DNA from: a virus
Reading direction: 5' to 3' (one strand)
DNA: 64,000 nucleotides
Virus record (IMG/VR): IMGVR_UViG_3300042905_004067
The notes under the pieces were generated by a model that saw only the letters and a list, made by a program, of their open reading frames with translations, was not told the DNA's origin and searched no databases. This document shows positions 10,780 through 20,342 of the stretch, in pieces. Every line of letters begins with the position of its first letter. The stretch's first letter is position 1. The translations under genes were made by a program, and so were the position numbers.

Positions 10780-11075
10780 ATTATGTTCCAATCCTTTGTG
10801 TTCATATTTTTATCATCGATGAAGAGATCATAATTTGGTTTTCCAAATTTTAAATCATGATATTTAACTCCCCATTCTTTTAATTGTAGTTTAGTTACTT
10901 GGCTCCAGTCAATTCCAGTTGCAGTTCCTCTTGCAGTCCAATATACAATTAAATGTCCATCATCATATAGTTTATTTGCTTTGTTAATATTTTCAACAAT
11001 AGGATAGCAAACTGTATAGTCCGGTTTGTTTGGACTGTCACATATTGTATCATCTATATCAATATAAATCACCAT
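10776..11075 (-). CDS. Small HAD-superfamily phosphatase
   Basis: DIDDT, TARG, GKP..D..IDD. Confidence 0.85.
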   Translation of the reverse strand: MVIYIDIDDTICDSPNKPDYTVCYPIVENINKANKLYDDGHLIVYWTARGTATGIDWSQVTKLQLKEWGVKYHDLKFGKPNYDLFIDDKNMNTKDWNII

Positions 11076-12016
11076 ATAAATTTATTTTTGTAATATTCTA
11101 CAATTGAACTAAGTTCTTCATCAAATACTTTTTGTGGTTCCCATCCCAGTGCCCGCAACTTAGAATCATCTAATGCATATCTTACATCTTGTCCGGGTCT
11201 GTTGCAAGAAAAATCAATGTAATCTTCGTGTGGTTTATTTAAACCATAAACAGTGAGTAACTTCGTAACAGTTTCAAGATTGCTTTGTTCGTAACCACCG
11301 CATATATTGTAAATTTGATTTGTAACACCAGTTTCTATTAGTTTAATTGTAGCACTAGCAGTATCTTCTGCATGTAGCCAATTTCTAATAGGTGTCCCAT
11401 TATTGTGAAGAGGAATTTTTCTTCCTAATTTTAAATACTTACAAGCCTTTGGTATGAGTTTTTCAATATACTGACCAACTCCATAATTATTAGTCGGACG
11501 AACAATCACATATGGAATTTTATATGTTCTAGCCCAAGCAAGAATTAACATGTCAGCAGCAGCCTTTGTTGCTGAATATGGATTTGACGGTTTTAACACA
11601 TCTGTTTCTGTGTGCGAACCAGTTTCAATATCACCGTACACTTCATCAGTACTAAAATGTAGTAAGATTGGCATCGAACCACCTTCCTGTCTGTAGTTCT
11701 TCATTAATTCTAAAATATGGTGAACACCATTGATGTTAGAATGAACAAAATCGTCACTATTGGCAATCGAATTACCAACATGAGTTTCGGCTGCCGTATT
11801 GATTATATAATCACAATCATATAGAAATTTTAAATCATTTATGTCACAATGAACAAAGGAAAAATTGCTGTACTGTTTAAATTCCTCTAGTAATTGTTTA
11901 TTGGCAGCATATGTCATCTTGTCAACACCCTTAACATGCCATCCGCGTTTTAAGCAGTGACGAGTAACATAAGAACCAATGAAACCCAAACAACCAGTGA
12001 TGTATACGACTTTCAT
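11069..12016 (-). CDS. rmlB: dTDP-glucose 4,6-dehydratase
   Basis: TGCLGFIG, AAETHV, STDEVYG, PYSATKA, NNYG, EKLIP, RPGQDVRYA. Confidence 0.9.
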   Translation of the reverse strand: MKVVYITGCLGFIGSYVTRHCLKRGWHVKGVDKMTYAANKQLLEEFKQYSNFSFVHCDINDLKFLYDCDYIINTAAETHVGNSIANSDDFVHSNINGVHHILELMKNYRQEGGSMPILLHFSTDEVYGDIETGSHTETDVLKPSNPYSATKAAADMLILAWARTYKIPYVIVRPTNNYGVGQYIEKLIPKACKYLKLGRKIPLHNNGTPIRNWLHAEDTASATIKLIETGVTNQIYNICGGYEQSNLETVTKLLTVYGLNKPHEDYIDFSCNRPGQDVRYALDDSKLRALGWEPQKVFDEELSSIVEYYKNKFIW

Positions 12017-12019
12017 TAT

Positions 12020-12868
12020 TTACTTTCCTTTTTTATAGAAGTTCACTAGCATTTCGATTGTGGTATCAATGCTGTATTTTTGTTTAAACCCATACGACAC
12101 TAGTTTTGCAGTGTCAAGATAGGAATGCCGTACTTGAACAATATCATGAAAAGTAGTCGGTTGTATGTGTATTATTTTTGATGTTGAGCCAGAGTACTCA
12201 ATGGCTTTGTTTATCATATCCAAAAACTTATAAGGTTTACCACTACCAATATTTATTATCTGATTTGGTGGTGATTTATCCATGCATAGTTTAAGAGCAG
12301 CACAAACATCTTCTACATGAATATAATCTCGTAGAACCTCGCCGCCATAATAAAGGGGAACATCTCTGTTATTAACGATTTCCCTAATCAAAAATTGTAA
12401 AGCATTTTTCTTCTTGGAGATCTTCTTATCTCCTTCACCGATTACATTGGCTAATCTGAATATTCTATATTTAATATTATAAGTTTGACAAAAAGAAATT
12501 AGTAGTTGTTCCGCACAATGTTTTGTAATTGAGTAGAATCCAGATGGATTACATCTAGAATGATCTTCTCTAAAAGGCATCTCATAATTTTTTCCATAGA
12601 CAAACCAAGAACTTATAAAATTAAAAGTAGTATCACTATTTTTTGAAACATTCTCTAAAACTTTCATAAGAACATTTAAATTAGTATCAATATCTATACG
12701 AAGATCAGTATGAACATTATAGTTATCAACTGTACTAATAAAATACAAAATATTATTTGTTTTTGGTTTATAATCATTTCTGTCTATCCGTATAACAGAA
12801 TCTGAATATAGTTCACAAAATTTAGATCCTATGAACCCCGTAGAACCAAAAACAGATATATCATTCAT
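12020..12868 (-). CDS. NAD-dependent epimerase/dehydratase
   Basis: GSTGFIG, SSWFVYG, YSITK, RDYIHVED. Confidence 0.85.
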   Translation of the reverse strand: MNDISVFGSTGFIGSKFCELYSDSVIRIDRNDYKPKTNNILYFISTVDNYNVHTDLRIDIDTNLNVLMKVLENVSKNSDTTFNFISSWFVYGKNYEMPFREDHSRCNPSGFYSITKHCAEQLLISFCQTYNIKYRIFRLANVIGEGDKKISKKKNALQFLIREIVNNRDVPLYYGGEVLRDYIHVEDVCAALKLCMDKSPPNQIINIGSGKPYKFLDMINKAIEYSGSTSKIIHIQPTTFHDIVQVRHSYLDTAKLVSYGFKQKYSIDTTIEMLVNFYKKGK

Positions 12869-13637
12869 CGAATATAACCTTTTCGAATTTTGCTATATTG
12901 TGTTTATTGTTTTTAATAAACATTTCATATGGATACTGCTGAATATCTGAAACTATTTTCTTAATTGGAAATGGACACATAAGAGTAGGATATCCATCGA
13001 TCTCATTTTTTTCATACAATAGTTCTATTAATTTTCTATTAAAAAGAGGCTTATTATCTTCGTGTGTTTCTATTTTTTCGTTTTTTAAAGTATATGCACC
13101 AATGTTATAGATTCCACCAACCATTAATTTTGGTATAGAATAGCCAACCTTAGTCATATGTCTCCAGTGCATATCTGCATCTTCTTCACCAAATCCACAA
13201 AGTCTTTCATCAAAATAACCAATTTTATGTAAAATGGATTTAGTACACACAAAATGAGAGAATCCGTGATTGATTGTAAAAAATTCTTGCCTAGTTGTGT
13301 TAATATGATTTACAATTTCATTGTATATGTTGGGATTTGCCCATGCAACATCATCACATACTATAAAGTTATATTCTGTCTTGCTAAAAATGACCAAATT
13401 ATTCCAAAGTTTACTTAGTCCCTTAAACTCTGGACAAAATATAGGATAAATGTTTTTATACTGCTTTGCCAAATCTAACATTTCAATTCTATAACTATCT
13501 GGCATTTCTTCTTCATTATTGCCATTTATGGCTAATAAAATGTCAACAGTTTCTGGAACTGTTAAACGGATTCTTCGAATTAGTTCTGCTACTAATTCTT
13601 TTCTTTGTCTAAATGTAACTATTCCTATACTTAACAT
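12861..13637 (-). CDS. GT2-like glycosyltransferase
   Basis: SIGIVT, WN...CDD, IGYFDERL.GFGEED. Confidence 0.75.
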   Translation of the reverse strand: MLSIGIVTFRQRKELVAELIRRIRLTVPETVDILLAINGNNEEEMPDSYRIEMLDLAKQYKNIYPIFCPEFKGLSKLWNNLVIFSKTEYNFIVCDDVAWANPNIYNEIVNHINTTRQEFFTINHGFSHFVCTKSILHKIGYFDERLCGFGEEDADMHWRHMTKVGYSIPKLMVGGIYNIGAYTLKNEKIETHEDNKPLFNRKLIELLYEKNEIDGYPTLMCPFPIKKIVSDIQQYPYEMFIKNNKHNIAKFEKVIFDE

Positions 13638-13650
13638 TTCATATCACTCC

Positions 13651-14343
13651 TCAAAGATATTCACTAAAATAATCATTTAAAATTTTAACTCTATTGTTAT
13701 TAGACACACCAGTAAGATGTGCTAGAAAACATTTTTTATCCCAAGGAGCATAAATTGGTCTGCGACCAGTCCAACAGGTTGTATCCATGATTGGTGCAGG
13801 AACAGCATTTAAAAAATTATGTTCTAGTACTTTTATTACACTATTTGGTAAAGATCCACGATGAATGGCATTTAATGCATCTTGTTCTGTTGGAAATTGT
13901 TTTGCACAATTGTAAAACACATTTAAAAATGTATCTGTGTGTTGGGTGCGTTGTATAATAAAATTTCCAGTACTAAATGACCATTTACCAATCCAATCAT
14001 AAGATGCATAAAATGTATTATGTTCATCTAATTCAAATTTTTCTATAGAATAATTATCATCAGTTATGATGGAATCTGCATCTACCCACATAACAATATC
14101 ATAATATTCTAGCATTTCAAATGTACGAACTGCACGCAAAAAACCAATATCAGTATCTTTAAATCCGTACTTTTTATCAGTTCCAAAAGTTCGTAAAGTC
14201 ATCAAATCATAACCATGTTTTTTTGCGTACCTCTGTTTAGATGGCAGAGTTAATTCAAAAACTTCATTCATTGTCTTGTCAGTTTCTAATGGATTACGAA
14301 TAATTTCCGATGATCCTGTTAATATTAGAACTCTTTTATTCAT
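13651..14343 (-). CDS. GT34 (GMA12/MNN10)-like glycosyltransferase
   Basis: KQRYAKKHGY, WVDADS, EQDAL, FLAH; start moved to MNKRV. Confidence 0.7.
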   Translation of the reverse strand: MNKRVLILTGSSEIIRNPLETDKTMNEVFELTLPSKQRYAKKHGYDLMTLRTFGTDKKYGFKDTDIGFLRAVRTFEMLEYYDIVMWVDADSIITDDNYSIEKFELDEHNTFYASYDWIGKWSFSTGNFIIQRTQHTDTFLNVFYNCAKQFPTEQDALNAIHRGSLPNSVIKVLEHNFLNAVPAPIMDTTCWTGRRPIYAPWDKKCFLAHLTGVSNNNRVKILNDYFSEYL

Positions 14344-14344
14344 A

Positions 14345-15655
14345 TTATATTCCTGCAAAAAAATTTGTAGTGATTTGTTCGATATAGTCCAGTTGCTCAT
14401 TAGTAATTACTGGACTAGTTCCCAAAAAGAAAGTATCAGTAGTAACCTTTCTAGCATTTGGAAAATTGTTTATTACATCATCTTGATTCATTATACCAGT
14501 ATAAGCGGGCTGTAGCATCACATTTCCAGCAAAGTACGGTCTAGTTTGAATCTTATTATCTTCAAAATAGTTTACAATGTCCTTACGCTTGAATGGCGCA
14601 CCATCTTTGATTGTCAAGGCAAAAGCAAACCAACTTGGATTTGCATGTTCTGTTGCTTTTGGAAGAATAAAGAATTCTTCATACTTAGCAAAGATATCAC
14701 TTAGTCTTTTGTGATTATGATTTCTCTTTTGAGTGATTGTTGGTAATTTCTTTAGTTGAGCAAGTCCGATAGCAGCCTGTAATTCAATTGGCTTTAGATT
14801 GAAACCAATCTCATCATAAACATACTTGTGATCAAATACCTCATCAGGCAAAGAAGGAAGCCAATTAGAGAATCTTGTCTTACACATACCATTCTTTAAC
14901 ATATTGGCTTTCTTGCCAACACAATAGCAACCTCTTCCCCACTCTCGGAAACTTCGAACTACGATCTCTTGCTGTTGTGTATTACAAGCAACGAATCCAC
15001 CCTCACCCATAGTAATATGATGGGCTGGATAGAAAGAACAACTAGCGAAGTCACCGAAAGATCCTAGTGGTTTACCATTGTAAGTAGAATCTAATGCATC
15101 ACAGCAATCCTCAAGAAATATTAAACCATACTGATTGACAATATCCATGAGTCTGTTCATGTTTGGTGGATTACCCAACACATGTGCAAAAGTAATTACC
15201 TTGCAGCCTTCTTTTGCTTTTTGTTCTACTTGATCTAGGTTGAGATTGAGAGTGTCGATATCAATATCAACAAACTCAGGAACAAATCCAACTTGGAAAA
15301 TAGGATTGATTGTGGTGGGGAATCCAGCGATAGGAGTGATTACCTTTGTTCCCTTTTGAAAGTTTGTCAGTCTTTTGGATGTAAGAGCAGACATCATAAG
15401 CAGATTAGAACTGCTGCCACTATTAGTCAGGATACCAAAATCCTTCCCAACATACTTTGGAAACTGATGTTCAAAACGAATACCGTTCTCACCCAATACA
15501 AGCCATCCATTTAGTAAGGCTCGTATTGCTTCAACATATTCTTCTGTTCCAAAGTATGGACCTGCATATTGAACAACATCTTGTCCTGCAATCCACTTCT
15601 TTGATTCGTTCTTTTTGGTTATGAACTCTTCTACTGCTTTTAAAATTTCTTCCAT
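14345..15655 (-). CDS. rfbH: NDP-4-keto-6-deoxyglucose 3-dehydratase (RfbH/DdhC, E1)
   Basis: NSGSSSNL, EDCCDAL, SFYPAHHITMGEGG (His in place of the aminotransferase Lys), WGRGCYC, DHKY; start moved to MEEIL. Confidence 0.9.
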   Translation of the reverse strand: MEEILKAVEEFITKKNESKKWIAGQDVVQYAGPYFGTEEYVEAIRALLNGWLVLGENGIRFEHQFPKYVGKDFGILTNSGSSSNLLMMSALTSKRLTNFQKGTKVITPIAGFPTTINPIFQVGFVPEFVDIDIDTLNLNLDQVEQKAKEGCKVITFAHVLGNPPNMNRLMDIVNQYGLIFLEDCCDALDSTYNGKPLGSFGDFASCSFYPAHHITMGEGGFVACNTQQQEIVVRSFREWGRGCYCVGKKANMLKNGMCKTRFSNWLPSLPDEVFDHKYVYDEIGFNLKPIELQAAIGLAQLKKLPTITQKRNHNHKRLSDIFAKYEEFFILPKATEHANPSWFAFALTIKDGAPFKRKDIVNYFEDNKIQTRPYFAGNVMLQPAYTGIMNQDDVINNFPNARKVTTDTFFLGTSPVITNEQLDYIEQITTNFFAGI

Positions 15656-15657
15656 AA

Positions 15658-16494
15658 TTAATGAATACCCATTCCCCAATCATTCAAGTTTGGAATGTTA
15701 TATCTTTTAACATTTTCTTTTATAGATTTATACTTAAAACTTTCTTCAATGTTATGATTTTCATAAACATTATATGGAACTTTCAATAAAAAATCAAACA
15801 ATTTAATGTCCCAATTAAAATTATTTACAGAAGAATCGTATTCTTTTGCCTGTGTGGTTTTAACACCAAACTTAAGTTGAGCAACATAATCAGTGACTTT
15901 CCAATAATACTGTTTAACTGCAACTGTTTTTTTATCCAGCCATTGTATGTGTGCAACAAATAACATTGGATGATTTATCTTAATCGCTCTGCCAGGATGT
16001 GGAAGATGCTCAGAATGTCGTTGTGCATCTTTAAATGTGGCTCTAGAAGAGTAAGAACCAATTCTATCTGCTATATGATCTCTCCATTTTCCATCTACTC
16101 GTATTTTATTGTAATCTGTATATTGTATCCAATCCATATAAATTAAAGTATCTTTATATGTTTCTAAAATTTGTTCTAATTGCTCTTTAGTCAAATTACC
16201 ATCTAGATATTCATCTGTATCCAAACAAATAATTTTACCAGAATATTTAAATGCTTCATCATATAGCAATTGCCTATTATTAGATTCAATGGCACATTTA
16301 TTTTCTATATGTGTATCTGTTCGTAATATATTCAAAATATTGTATTTATCTTTGTTTTCTAACAAATATTCATATGTGCCATCAGTTGAACTGTCATCCA
16401 TGAAAATAAAAGCATCGGCATATTTTTTCCAATGAGGAAGCATTTCCTTTAAGATAAACAATTCATTTTTCGTAAGTGTAATTTGTATTATCAT
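15658..16494 (-). CDS. GT2-like glycosyltransferase
   Basis: TKNE, DDSSTDGT, LDTDE. Confidence 0.75.
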   Translation of the reverse strand: MIIQITLTKNELFILKEMLPHWKKYADAFIFMDDSSTDGTYEYLLENKDKYNILNILRTDTHIENKCAIESNNRQLLYDEAFKYSGKIICLDTDEYLDGNLTKEQLEQILETYKDTLIYMDWIQYTDYNKIRVDGKWRDHIADRIGSYSSRATFKDAQRHSEHLPHPGRAIKINHPMLFVAHIQWLDKKTVAVKQYYWKVTDYVAQLKFGVKTTQAKEYDSSVNNFNWDIKLFDFLLKVPYNVYENHNIEESFKYKSIKENVKRYNIPNLNDWGMGIH

Positions 16495-17195
16495 TTTTGT
16501 GTTATTATTGGAAATCCAGAAGACTTTCGATTCATATACATCTGTTTATCATAATTAGAACCAATTTGCATATTTCTTGCCATTAGACTATCTTGATTTT
16601 CAAACCATTTATGAATAATTGGTCTTCGTTTTATGTGTTTCAGAACTCCTAATGATTCAAAAACTTCTGTCTGTTCATTGTCACACCATTCAGATTTGTA
16701 ATCAGGATGATACACATATCCAAATAAATTGTACAGTGTTCTTCCAATAATAGGAAGAGTAATTAAAGTTTTATATCCTTCTGGACCTTTATGATCAAGC
16801 CGAGGATCTGTATCATAGTTTAAACTACCCTTTAAATCGGGAAAGAAAGAAAACATATCATTAACTATGATATCGTCCCAATTATTTTCAACTGGTTCCA
16901 TATCATCTGCCGTAGAAATTAAAATATCCCAAGAACTATCGGGAATATCTCTATTTATTGCATGTATTTTTCCTCTACTTTCCCCATAAAAGAAACTAAT
17001 AGTTACATTATCTGTATTTTTAGATTCTAGGAATTGACGAATATGTTCATTGTTCAATAGAACATCATCTGTGTCCATGCTAATGATTACTGTTATTTTA
17101 TGTTTACCAGAAGCCTTATTTAAATAAGAATTCAAATTTGACATAAATTTTTCAGGTCGTTGTCTTGTCGGATATTTTAATAAAATGTGTTTCAT
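16491..17195 (-). CDS. GT-A fold glycosyltransferase
   Basis: PTRQRP, GKIHAIN, ADDM, YKSEWCDNE, H.W; start moved to MKHIL. Confidence 0.7.
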   Translation of the reverse strand: MKHILLKYPTRQRPEKFMSNLNSYLNKASGKHKITVIISMDTDDVLLNNEHIRQFLESKNTDNVTISFFYGESRGKIHAINRDIPDSSWDILISTADDMEPVENNWDDIIVNDMFSFFPDLKGSLNYDTDPRLDHKGPEGYKTLITLPIIGRTLYNLFGYVYHPDYKSEWCDNEQTEVFESLGVLKHIKRRPIIHKWFENQDSLMARNMQIGSNYDKQMYMNRKSSGFPIITQK

Positions 17196-17205
17196 AGTAA
17201 AAATC

Positions 17206-17331
17206 TCATAGTACAAAAATCATATTTTCCCATCTATTTTCTATTAATCTATAACCTAATTTTGTAAATTTCTCAAATAATGCAGTATGCATATTATCAT
17301 TCTCTACGCAAATTATATATTTTTTTGTCAT
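17206..17331 (-). pseudogene. 41-aa ORF resembling the C-terminus of an FkbM-type methyltransferase (remnant)
   Basis: MTKKYIICVENDNMHTALFEKFTKLGYRLIENRWENMIFVL; the ICVE...LGY...N.IF pattern matches FkbM C-termini. Confidence 0.5.
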
Positions 17332-17334
17332 ATA

Positions 17335-18048
17335 TTATCTCATTTCGTGGGTATCGACCAGATTACGATCAGGTAAATAACCATCTAATTCATAAACATC
17401 TTTCTCATTGTTTACAATTATTTGTTGACCAACAAAATAAACACCGCCATTATTAACTCCACGGTGTGTTCCGGGTGGAAATGGTTTTTTAGAAAAAAAT
17501 GGATCGTGTTCAATATAACTGAATTTATTATTTTTTATTTTGTGAGTTAAATATGCAGACATAAAATTCTGATCTTGTGTTTTTTCTAAAGACGGATTAT
17601 AGCGTTTAATGGCATTAAACATTTCACCTTTAAATTTATCACACTTAAGTCCAAACATTCCTGCTTGTATAAACCAAGCATGATATGGATGATCTCGCAT
17701 TATATGAATATCTGCATCTGATTTAATCCATTCATCTACTGCTAGTTTTTCTCTAAAAGACACTCTAGAGTCGGCATCTCTAAAAATTGCGCGTTCAACA
17801 TCCACAAAATCAACAGCCAAAAATCTATTCATTGCCGATCTATTATCACCAATAGATTCTATCTGTATTACATTTGTATTTTTTCTAGTTTTAAGTTCTT
17901 TGATTATTTCTTCGGGAACACAGGAATTGCAGAAATAATAACAAACCCATCCCGGATAAACATCTAATGCTAAATCTGCATTATTTATTGCTCCTCTCGT
18001 ATAGAGAGGATTATTGCCCCATAAACTAAAAGAAATCACATTTTTCAT
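17335..18048 (-). CDS. Glycosyltransferase-like protein (ISFSLWG...RDADSR...MRDHP family)
   Basis: DxD motif, AGMFG, DQ.F; family recurrent in glycan loci. Confidence 0.6.
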   Translation of the reverse strand: MKNVISFSLWGNNPLYTRGAINNADLALDVYPGWVCYYFCNSCVPEEIIKELKTRKNTNVIQIESIGDNRSAMNRFLAVDFVDVERAIFRDADSRVSFREKLAVDEWIKSDADIHIMRDHPYHAWFIQAGMFGLKCDKFKGEMFNAIKRYNPSLEKTQDQNFMSAYLTHKIKNNKFSYIEHDPFFSKKPFPPGTHRGVNNGGVYFVGQQIIVNNEKDVYELDGYLPDRNLVDTHEMR

Positions 18049-18051
18049 TTT

Positions 18052-18654
18052 TTATTTTTTCATAAATTGTATCGATTCAGATGTTCTATCATCATATCGA
18101 TACAAATGTAGTATCTTATTTATGTGTGTTTCTGATTTTACTTTGGGATACATCAAAAGACACCAAGCAAAATCTTCACCATATGAAGATGCTTCAAGTT
18201 TTGCTTGTTTTGCTATTTCTGATTTCCAGAAACACATATGAAATGGTGGGCGTTTTACATGAGTCATTCCCGGAATATATCTCTCATTCGGATTGTTCAT
18301 GTTAAAATTAACTATAAATTGATTTCCATTTACTATGCAGTGCTGATCAAAACTTATAACATCGGCTGGTTTTTCTTTTATAGTATTAATAATAGTTGAC
18401 ATATAATCATCAGTAATATCATCGTCATCATCCATGAAAGCAATCCATTTACCTCTAGCAGAGTCTAAGAGTGCTTGCCGTTTTTCGCCAATAGTCATAC
18501 TTTTATTATCAATCAGGCAAAGAATTTCAACCTCTGGATAGTTTTTTGTTTGCTCTAACATTTTATTGTATAGGGGTATTAGATATTTTTCAATTCTAGA
18601 TGGTATTGAAAGTATAAGTATACTGACTAAAACGCTGTCTTTATCAGTTGGCAT
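18052..18654 (-). CDS. GT2 glycosyltransferase
   Basis: SILILS, IGEKRQ, ARGKWIAFMDDDD, GED. Confidence 0.85.
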   Translation of the reverse strand: MPTDKDSVLVSILILSIPSRIEKYLIPLYNKMLEQTKNYPEVEILCLIDNKSMTIGEKRQALLDSARGKWIAFMDDDDDITDDYMSTIINTIKEKPADVISFDQHCIVNGNQFIVNFNMNNPNERYIPGMTHVKRPPFHMCFWKSEIAKQAKLEASSYGEDFAWCLLMYPKVKSETHINKILHLYRYDDRTSESIQFMKK

Positions 18655-19501
18655 ATTTTATTTCTCCTGCTGCTTTAATAATTCTGTCTACAAAATTCAC
18701 ACAATATTGTTTTGCTTTTTCAAAGTTATAATTAATCTTATCAATATTTTCTTTGTAATATTTTTCTGTATATTCTGTTGTGAGAATTCGTTGAGGATTA
18801 ATCCAATAACTCGTATCAAAAAAATCTGAAATATTTGGACATCCCCAATAAATTGGGATTGTTTTAGTTATTAAACAATCAATTAATTTTTCAGAAAAGT
18901 AATTTAGTTCGTTTGAACTTTCAATTACAACAGAATACATTGAATTAAACAGATGAATTTTGTCATCATTTGGTAATAGTGATTCGCCTGGTATGGGAAA
19001 CCGTGTAGATGAATAAAAATTTAATTTGGCTGGTATGTGTTTTCGGTTATTCCAAATTGTGTGTCTTATTCCGTATCCCAATTTTCCAGATAAAGCCCCA
19101 CATATCATACTAATAGAATTTTCTTTTTGTATTTTTCCAAGATCTTCTGTAAATGTCCCATGTGAATCTGGATGGTGTTTGGATTTGTTAAGCCATGTTG
19201 TACCATATGGAACTAACACTGCATTTTTGCAATTATCTAATATCTTTGGATGTGTTGTTGCAATTTTTGTATAGTGATGTTGATTTGCAATTACATGATC
19301 TGCCTGTTCCACCCAAGCAGAAGTAGTTGGTTCATTACAATTTACAAAAATTTTATGTTTTGAGTCTGAAAAAAAATGAACATCCCCACCGGGTCTTTGA
19401 TTTTTACCAAATCTAGTAAAATGTATTTCGCATGACTCTTTTAGATCAGGTATCTGATCTTCAGAAAACATATAGTCTGCATTAAGAATAATTGGTTTCA
19501 T
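18644..19501 (-). CDS. GT10 (alpha-1,3-fucosyltransferase-like) glycosyltransferase
   Basis: YSVVIES...NYFSEKLIDC...TIPIYWG. Confidence 0.8.
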   Translation of the reverse strand: MKPIILNADYMFSEDQIPDLKESCEIHFTRFGKNQRPGGDVHFFSDSKHKIFVNCNEPTTSAWVEQADHVIANQHHYTKIATTHPKILDNCKNAVLVPYGTTWLNKSKHHPDSHGTFTEDLGKIQKENSISMICGALSGKLGYGIRHTIWNNRKHIPAKLNFYSSTRFPIPGESLLPNDDKIHLFNSMYSVVIESSNELNYFSEKLIDCLITKTIPIYWGCPNISDFFDTSYWINPQRILTTEYTEKYYKENIDKINYNFEKAKQYCVNFVDRIIKAAGEIKYAN

Positions 19502-20342
19502 TTATTTTATTCCAAAGATAATCATCACTTGATTGTAATTTTTTTATTTTGTCAAAGTTTTCTTCAACGGCATCTAGTTTAGAATAATAAAGTTCTGGTG
19601 TCAATGATTTAATATCAAAAGTTTCATTTAATAAAATTATTCCATTAATGTTAAACAACTCACCAATAGCAGGATTCCCAAGATAAACTGGAATAGTTCC
19701 TGTGGCAAAACAGTCTGTCAGTTTTTCCGTATAATAACCATCATAGAAATCATTCTCCACTACTATATGAAACATATAATCCTTCAACCCAAACATTTTG
19801 CTTTTCCATGGCTGAGTTGGATCTGTTTCAGGAAGTTTAGGAGAACCACAGGCACCACCAAACAAATCTAAATTATCTTTAAATCTATTTGCATATCCAT
19901 GACGAATCATGTGTCCTTTTGTGTATTGTTTATGAGATGCAACCATACTAACTAACTTTATTTTGTCGTATATTGCATATTCCGACTCAGGAATCCACGG
20001 CAAATTACTTCCTGCCGGACAATATTTAAATACTTTAGAAAAAGATACTAAATTTTTATCTGATACAAAAATTGTTTTGAATCGTTTTTCTAGTTTATCA
20101 TAGTTCCAAGATAAAAACTGAGAAAGATTATTTACTACGGATCTGGACTCGCACACCCATCCATATATTTCAGTTATTCCGGGTGGAAGTTGCTCATACT
20201 GCATAATTGTATTATCAATTAATACAAGTTTATCTATATTAGAATACTTAGGTAAAGACCATTCAAAGTTTTTAGGTTTTCTATTTGAACACGATGAACT
20301 ATTCACATCAAAAGGAAATCCATAACCAAAAAGTTTATTCAT
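19482..20342 (-). CDS. GT10 (alpha-1,3-fucosyltransferase-like) glycosyltransferase
   Basis: YMFHIVVEN...GYYTEKLTDCF..GTIPVYLG. Confidence 0.85.
   Translation of the reverse strand: MNKLFGYGFPFDVNSSSCSNRKPKNFEWSLPKYSNIDKLVLIDNTIMQYEQLPPGITEIYGWVCESRSVVNNLSQFLSWNYDKLEKRFKTIFVSDKNLVSFSKVFKYCPAGSNLPWIPESEYAIYDKIKLVSMVASHKQYTKGHMIRHGYANRFKDNLDLFGGACGSPKLPETDPTQPWKSKMFGLKDYMFHIVVENDFYDGYYTEKLTDCFATGTIPVYLGNPAIGELFNINGIILLNETFDIKSLTPELYYSKLDAVEENFDKIKKLQSSDDYLWNKINETNYS

Noticed and set aside
14345-15655. DegT/DnrJ sugar aminotransferase call
   Set aside because: The catalytic Lys position is His (SFYPAHH) and Fe-S Cys motifs are present, indicating a 3-dehydratase.
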